A stretch of 20,000 bases of DNA from an uncultured virus (IMG/VR IMGVR_UViG_3300021255_000111) (taxonomy: Duplodnaviria; Heunggongvirae; Uroviricota; Caudoviricetes). Under the pieces are notes generated by a model. It searched no databases and was not told the DNA's origin. It saw only the letters and a list, made by a program, of their open reading frames with translations. The DNA lies in IMG/VR virus record IMGVR_UViG_3300021255_000111; one strand, written 5' to 3'. This document shows positions 15,714-20,000 of the stretch, one piece after another. Numbering within the stretch: position 1 is the first letter of the stretch; the number at the start of each line of letters is the position of its first letter. The position numbers and the translations under genes were made by a program.

Positions 15714-18700
15714 ATGAAGATAAAAGGAGCGTTCACTGTCAGATGGGCAGCGCAGGATGGTAAGGACGGAAGGTCTTACGAGAGGCGGTACTTATCCCTC
15801 TCGGCATCTACCGTGCCGTCAGCATACAACCCGAATACGAATATCTCAGTATGGTCATCGACTATCACGGCCATTGATGAGAGTAAGCGTTATCGTTTCG
15901 TCACAGAGCGTAGTTCTGCTGACGGTGGTTCATCGTGGTCGCAGTGGAGCACTCCGCAGATTGATGCGTATCTCGCTGAGAACGGAACATCTTTCGCTGT
16001 GAAAGGTGCTGCAGTAGGTGTCATAGCGTATAACGGAAGCCTCCCTGCAAGTCCAGAGGTAGGTGTTTACCTTGACCAGAGGCCAAACACCAGTGACATC
16101 AACGAGTATAACGGCTCTTCATGGTCTGGAAGCAATGTTGCCATCGGTGATGCCTATATCATGGACGGCAACCTGTTTGTCAAGTCAAGAGACGCATCCG
16201 CATCTGCCAGTGTCCTTCGTTGGAAGGATGCCGGCAGTATTCGTGGCCCGCAAGGCCCAGACGGAAAGGATGCTGTTTTCCTTGACTTGGATAACGAGAA
16301 TGACAGTATGCTGTATGATGGCACAGACAATCCCATCACCTCTCCAGTAGAAAGTCAAGCGACTATCTACAAGGGCGCAGGAACGGTGTCAAGCGGAGTT
16401 ACGTTCAGAATTATCAGCGTCAGCGGAGCCACTATGATGAATAGCGGTAATGCCACGTCTGACAGTTACTCCAGAGATGACTACCCTTCTGCCGTCTGGA
16501 TCAGTACGTCTGGCAAGGTCACTGTTAACGGACTGACATCTTCGCAGTGTGAAGTCCTTGTTGGCGGTGTCTTTAACGGAGAGTTGTACACGCAGAGGCT
16601 CACCATTAAGAAGCTGAAGGGTGTCGATAAGTACGAACTTGTCTGCACCCCTTCCGCTATCACTTACAACAGCACGACAGGCCAGAATCCGCAGCAGAAT
16701 GTGAACATCAAGGTTTACAGGACTGGGCAGGATGGCGTGAGAAGCCTTGTTCAAAGCCTCTCCACCTATGGACTGCAACTGAGATACTACTGGATAACCA
16801 ATGGTTATGACGCAGGGCCTACGAACATCACTGATGGTACTGCAGAAGGTTACTACAATGGCGGTGTAACAAAATCTGTCTATGCGAACTATTACACTGC
16901 ATACCGTTACGAGGTTCTGAACTCTGGAGGATTGATACTCGATTCCGAGACAGTCCCCATCAGTAAGGTCAGTGACGGCATCGGCACTCCTGGCGCATCG
17001 GCAAAGTCGATTTACAAGAACTCGTTCATGAAGCCCTCTACACCTACAGGCTCTTCACCTTCTGGATGGAACAACAACCATTCTGAGCAGGCTGAGATAA
17101 ATGTGCAGGCGCAGGGTGACTGGTATCTTACTGATGACGGATTCCTTACCGCACCGCTCATCGGCAATGGCCAGACAAGTGTCGAGACGCTTTCATTCAT
17201 CACCACACAGGCGAACCAGAGCGTGTTCCTCAGACTGAGGTGTAACACAAGCAGTAATGACAGGGTGTATGTCGGCAATGTCGATTCCGTTGCACCCACC
17301 ACGAACTACTACAGGGAGTTTCACGGCAGTCATCAAGACAGCGGTGATTTGTCTATTTCTGTAGCGAACGCAGGTCTGCACTTTATCAGCATCGCATACG
17401 TCCGAGGTGCTTCTGGCACATCTGAGTTTGTCAAGTTCATCTGTGGCAGTATGTATGTCTGGAAGAGTGACGCACTGACGTTCAACACGAACGGCACTGT
17501 TGCCACATGGAGTACACCTTACAAAATCTCTGGAAAGGATGCAGCCTTCACCACTGCCGTCAAGACTAACCTGTTGCTCCAGTCCAGTTTTATATCCACC
17601 AGAATGGATAAGTGGACCGAGAAGAATGGTGCTACTGCAGGAGGCATAGAAGGACGTAATTGTTATACTGGCTCTCCAGACATCACCACAGCCATGAAGG
17701 AACTGTTGAGACAGTCCATGTATGACCCAGACGGAGAGAAACGCCTGTTGGCGAATACTTGGTACACTCTTTCCTTCTGGGCAAAGGCTCCTGCGTATAT
17801 CCAAGTAAACAAGTACATAACGTCTATCAATTATGGATTCGCACAACAGATATGTTACTTCCAAGAAGGTGTTACTAATACCGTTACCTTCAACGGCTAC
17901 TGTTCCTCTGCTGCACGAAACGCAGGAAAGGAACTGAGGGTCTTTGTCTATAATGAAGATTGGTCATGGTCTGTCAGTGCCGCCATCACCTCTACTGGGG
18001 CAGCGACAAACTCTATCTCGTTCGTTGTTCCGGCCACAGGAGAGTACCGCATAGAAGCATACGTCTATAAGTCTGGAGATCATACCCCTGTAAGCGGCCA
18101 GACATGTACTCTGAACTGGTATCGTATCAACAGAGGCATGAGGATGGTGACATACCTCTATCCATCCAACAGCAACAGCCAGACGGATGACACGTGTATA
18201 GATGTTGGCGCAGGTCGTATAATAGACGGCATCCCTACAGGAAGTTCAAGTCCTACCGACAATAATGTTGAATGGCAGCTTACAGAGGAATGGACGAAGC
18301 ATACCGTTACGTTCAAGACAAGGAGTTATATCCCGAGCAAGATTCAGAGTTTCTTGGTACGTATGCACCAAGCATCTAATGGCATATCTATCTGTATGCC
18401 TAAGATAGAGCAAGGTACTGTCGCTACCGACTACTGCACAAACGATTCTGATATTGCCGATTTCGCTGCCGATGAGACAGGATTCCCTAACGATAGGAAT
18501 ATCTGGGTAGATGCTCCAGATGAGCCGTATATCTGGAATGAGGAAAGACGTGACTATATAGCCTATGAGATAAACGGAGAGTGGAAGCGTTACTTCGTCA
18601 AGTCAAAGGGCATGACCGTTCCAAACGGTGTCGCTCCATCCGCAGGAGGCAATAGTTACTGGTCTGAGGGTAGCAGGATAAACACCCTGCTTGTTAACAC

Positions 18701-19805
18701 CATCGTTGGTGCCAATGCTGAACTGAGGTTTGCAAAGACTAACAGGCTGCTCGTTGTGAAGTCTGACGGAAGCACTGTCGCTGCAGGCCTTGGAGGCGCA
18801 GAGGGTGGAGATTACGACTACCCACTATGGATTGGCGCAACGTATGGCAACAGGGAGAATGCACCGTTTAAGGTAAACCTCCTTGGCCACATGTTTGCGA
18901 CACGCGGATATATTGGTTCATGGGTCATCAAGGAACAGACATTGTATTCTCAGCTTGGTATTCTCAACGGCAAGGTGTCGGATGATTACGAGAATGAATC
19001 CTTCATACCGAACCTTACGTTGAATGCCATATCTGGAGAACTGAACGCAGGCAACATTCTTAAGATTGATGGTGCCGGAATGCGTATGTTTGATGGTAAA
19101 AGAACCTGCCTGCGTATGACAAGTAGCAGAATCTCATCACAGATAGACACCTCTCCATCTACAGGCAGCGGAACAGTCAGCGGCTCATATTCGCAGTCAC
19201 TCTATCTGCCGATCAGTACGCCTGGTTATACGAGCAGTAACACATGGGTGTACAGATTCGACCTCGGCCAGATGTACACCAACAGTACGATACGTGTTCG
19301 GAATGCGACCATCAAGTGTACGTTCCCTACAAGTGTCGGAAACTCACGCCTCTCGTACCGTGGTGGCACTGTTGCCGTCTATCTACAGGCAGGAGGTGTC
19401 AAGAAGTTCCTGCTTGCATCACAGAATATAGCGTATGGTGCGACTTCTGTTGACGTAACACTGTCTTTTGATTCGAACATCACCATTGACGGTAGTACCT
19501 ATCCAGAACAGCATTACTATATCTCTTATGAGGTGAAGGCGCAATTCAGTTCAAGCGGTGGCAGCTCTGGTTCCAGTGAGAACAAGTCAATCATTGTCTC
19601 GAACTCTCAATATAACTATTCCAGAGCAATCGAGACACTGCTGTTGTTCGGTACTAATGGCATCTTCAACCGCCAGAGTACAGACACTTATATGTGGAAC
19701 ACGGAAGAAGGATTCCTGGTTAGGAAAGGAAGTTATGCACTGCGTGTAACCAATTCTGGAATACAGAAGTCCACTGACGGAGGCAATTCATGGAGTAACC
19801 TATAA
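15714..19805 (+). CDS. Large tail fibre / host-specificity protein with a carbohydrate-binding-like domain
   Basis: 1363 aa, rich in Ser/Thr/Gly. Short collagen-like and linker motifs (DGKDG, GPQGPDGKD). CBM-like pattern NLL..S.F...YTLSFWAK...LTEEWTKHTVTFKT...ICMPKIEQGTVATDY. Also APFKVNLLG and GYIGSWVI motifs typical of fibres. Confidence 0.8.
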   Translation: MKIKGAFTVRWAAQDGKDGRSYERRYLSLSASTVPSAYNPNTNISVWSSTITAIDESKRYRFVTERSSADGGSSWSQWSTPQIDAYLAENGTSFAVKGAAVGVIAYNGSLPASPEVGVYLDQRPNTSDINEYNGSSWSGSNVAIGDAYIMDGNLFVKSRDASASASVLRWKDAGSIRGPQGPDGKDAVFLDLDNENDSMLYDGTDNPITSPVESQATIYKGAGTVSSGVTFRIISVSGATMMNSGNATSDSYSRDDYPSAVWISTSGKVTVNGLTSSQCEVLVGGVFNGELYTQRLTIKKLKGVDKYELVCTPSAITYNSTTGQNPQQNVNIKVYRTGQDGVRSLVQSLSTYGLQLRYYWITNGYDAGPTNITDGTAEGYYNGGVTKSVYANYYTAYRYEVLNSGGLILDSETVPISKVSDGIGTPGASAKSIYKNSFMKPSTPTGSSPSGWNNNHSEQAEINVQAQGDWYLTDDGFLTAPLIGNGQTSVETLSFITTQANQSVFLRLRCNTSSNDRVYVGNVDSVAPTTNYYREFHGSHQDSGDLSISVANAGLHFISIAYVRGASGTSEFVKFICGSMYVWKSDALTFNTNGTVATWSTPYKISGKDAAFTTAVKTNLLLQSSFISTRMDKWTEKNGATAGGIEGRNCYTGSPDITTAMKELLRQSMYDPDGEKRLLANTWYTLSFWAKAPAYIQVNKYITSINYGFAQQICYFQEGVTNTVTFNGYCSSAARNAGKELRVFVYNEDWSWSVSAAITSTGAATNSISFVVPATGEYRIEAYVYKSGDHTPVSGQTCTLNWYRINRGMRMVTYLYPSNSNSQTDDTCIDVGAGRIIDGIPTGSSSPTDNNVEWQLTEEWTKHTVTFKTRSYIPSKIQSFLVRMHQASNGISICMPKIEQGTVATDYCTNDSDIADFAADETGFPNDRNIWVDAPDEPYIWNEERRDYIAYEINGEWKRYFVKSKGMTVPNGVAPSAGGNSYWSEGSRINTLLVNTIVGANAELRFAKTNRLLVVKSDGSTVAAGLGGAEGGDYDYPLWIGATYGNRENAPFKVNLLGHMFATRGYIGSWVIKEQTLYSQLGILNGKVSDDYENESFIPNLTLNAISGELNAGNILKIDGAGMRMFDGKRTCLRMTSSRISSQIDTSPSTGSGTVSGSYSQSLYLPISTPGYTSSNTWVYRFDLGQMYTNSTIRVRNATIKCTFPTSVGNSRLSYRGGTVAVYLQAGGVKKFLLASQNIAYGATSVDVTLSFDSNITIDGSTYPEQHYYISYEVKAQFSSSGGSSGSSENKSIIVSNSQYNYSRAIETLLLFGTNGIFNRQSTDTYMWNTEEGFLVRKGSYALRVTNSGIQKSTDGGNSWSNL

Positions 19806-19816
19806 AAATAAATAGT

Positions 19817-20000
19817 ATGAAGATTGATTTTAGTAATGTGAAGGTCTATACCGACCTTGGGAGAGAGACAGGAACTATTCAGAATTTACGCAAGGACTTT
19901 GCGAACCTCATCTATACGGAAGGAAGAGGCATCGCATCCCACGCCCTTGCTCTGAAAATCTACAGTGGTGACAAGGACACCGAGTATAACGAAGAAGAGG
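19817..20000 (+). CDS. Hypothetical phage protein, truncated by the window end
   Basis: ATG at 19817 after an A-rich leader; open to the window edge: MKIDFSNVKVYTDLGRETGTIQNLRKDFANLIYTEGRGIASHALALKIYSGDKDTEYNEEE. Not listed in the ORF track because it has no stop codon within the window. Confidence 0.7.
   Translation, partial: MKIDFSNVKVYTDLGRETGTIQNLRKDFANLIYTEGRGIASHALALKIYSGDKDTEYNEEE

Noticed and set aside
15714..19805. Possible second DGR target in the large tail fibre
   Set aside because: By eye I found no second copy of the TR invariant blocks (CTGTGGCTCTTTGGCGGT, TCTCGGCTCGCCT) outside VR and TR. Remote targets outside the window are not excluded.
63..19805. Stop-codon reassignment (alternative genetic code)
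   Set aside because: All genes are full length under the standard bacterial code with high coding density. Exclusive TAA use is compatible with ordinary Bacteroidetes bias.

Overview
Tail-morphogenesis module of a tailed phage or prophage, most likely with a Bacteroidetes host (a perfect TTTG-N19-TAnnTTTG promoter and A-rich leaders without Shine-Dalgarno sites). All real genes are on the + strand. In order: the 3' half of a tRNA (probably Lys-TTT), a putative tail chaperone, a 1519-aa tape measure protein, distal-tail/baseplate-type genes, a diversity-generating retroelement (DGR), a 1363-aa tail fibre and a truncated ORF. The DGR consists of a CLec/Mtd-like target gene (12054-13394) with a variable repeat (VR, 13224-13337), a 9-bp hairpin, a template repeat (TR, 13521-13634), a structured spacer and a reverse transcriptase (13848-15284). 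All 19 VR/TR mismatches fall at TR adenines. Unusual points: no recognisable avd gene, but the RT carries a ~142-aa C-terminal extension that looks like a fused accessory gene; a ~115-nt degenerate, hairpin-forming leader element is duplicated upstream of two tail genes; a host-type promoter with an overlapping palindrome sits inside the tail operon; and five consecutive genes share one reading frame, separated only by single TAA codons.
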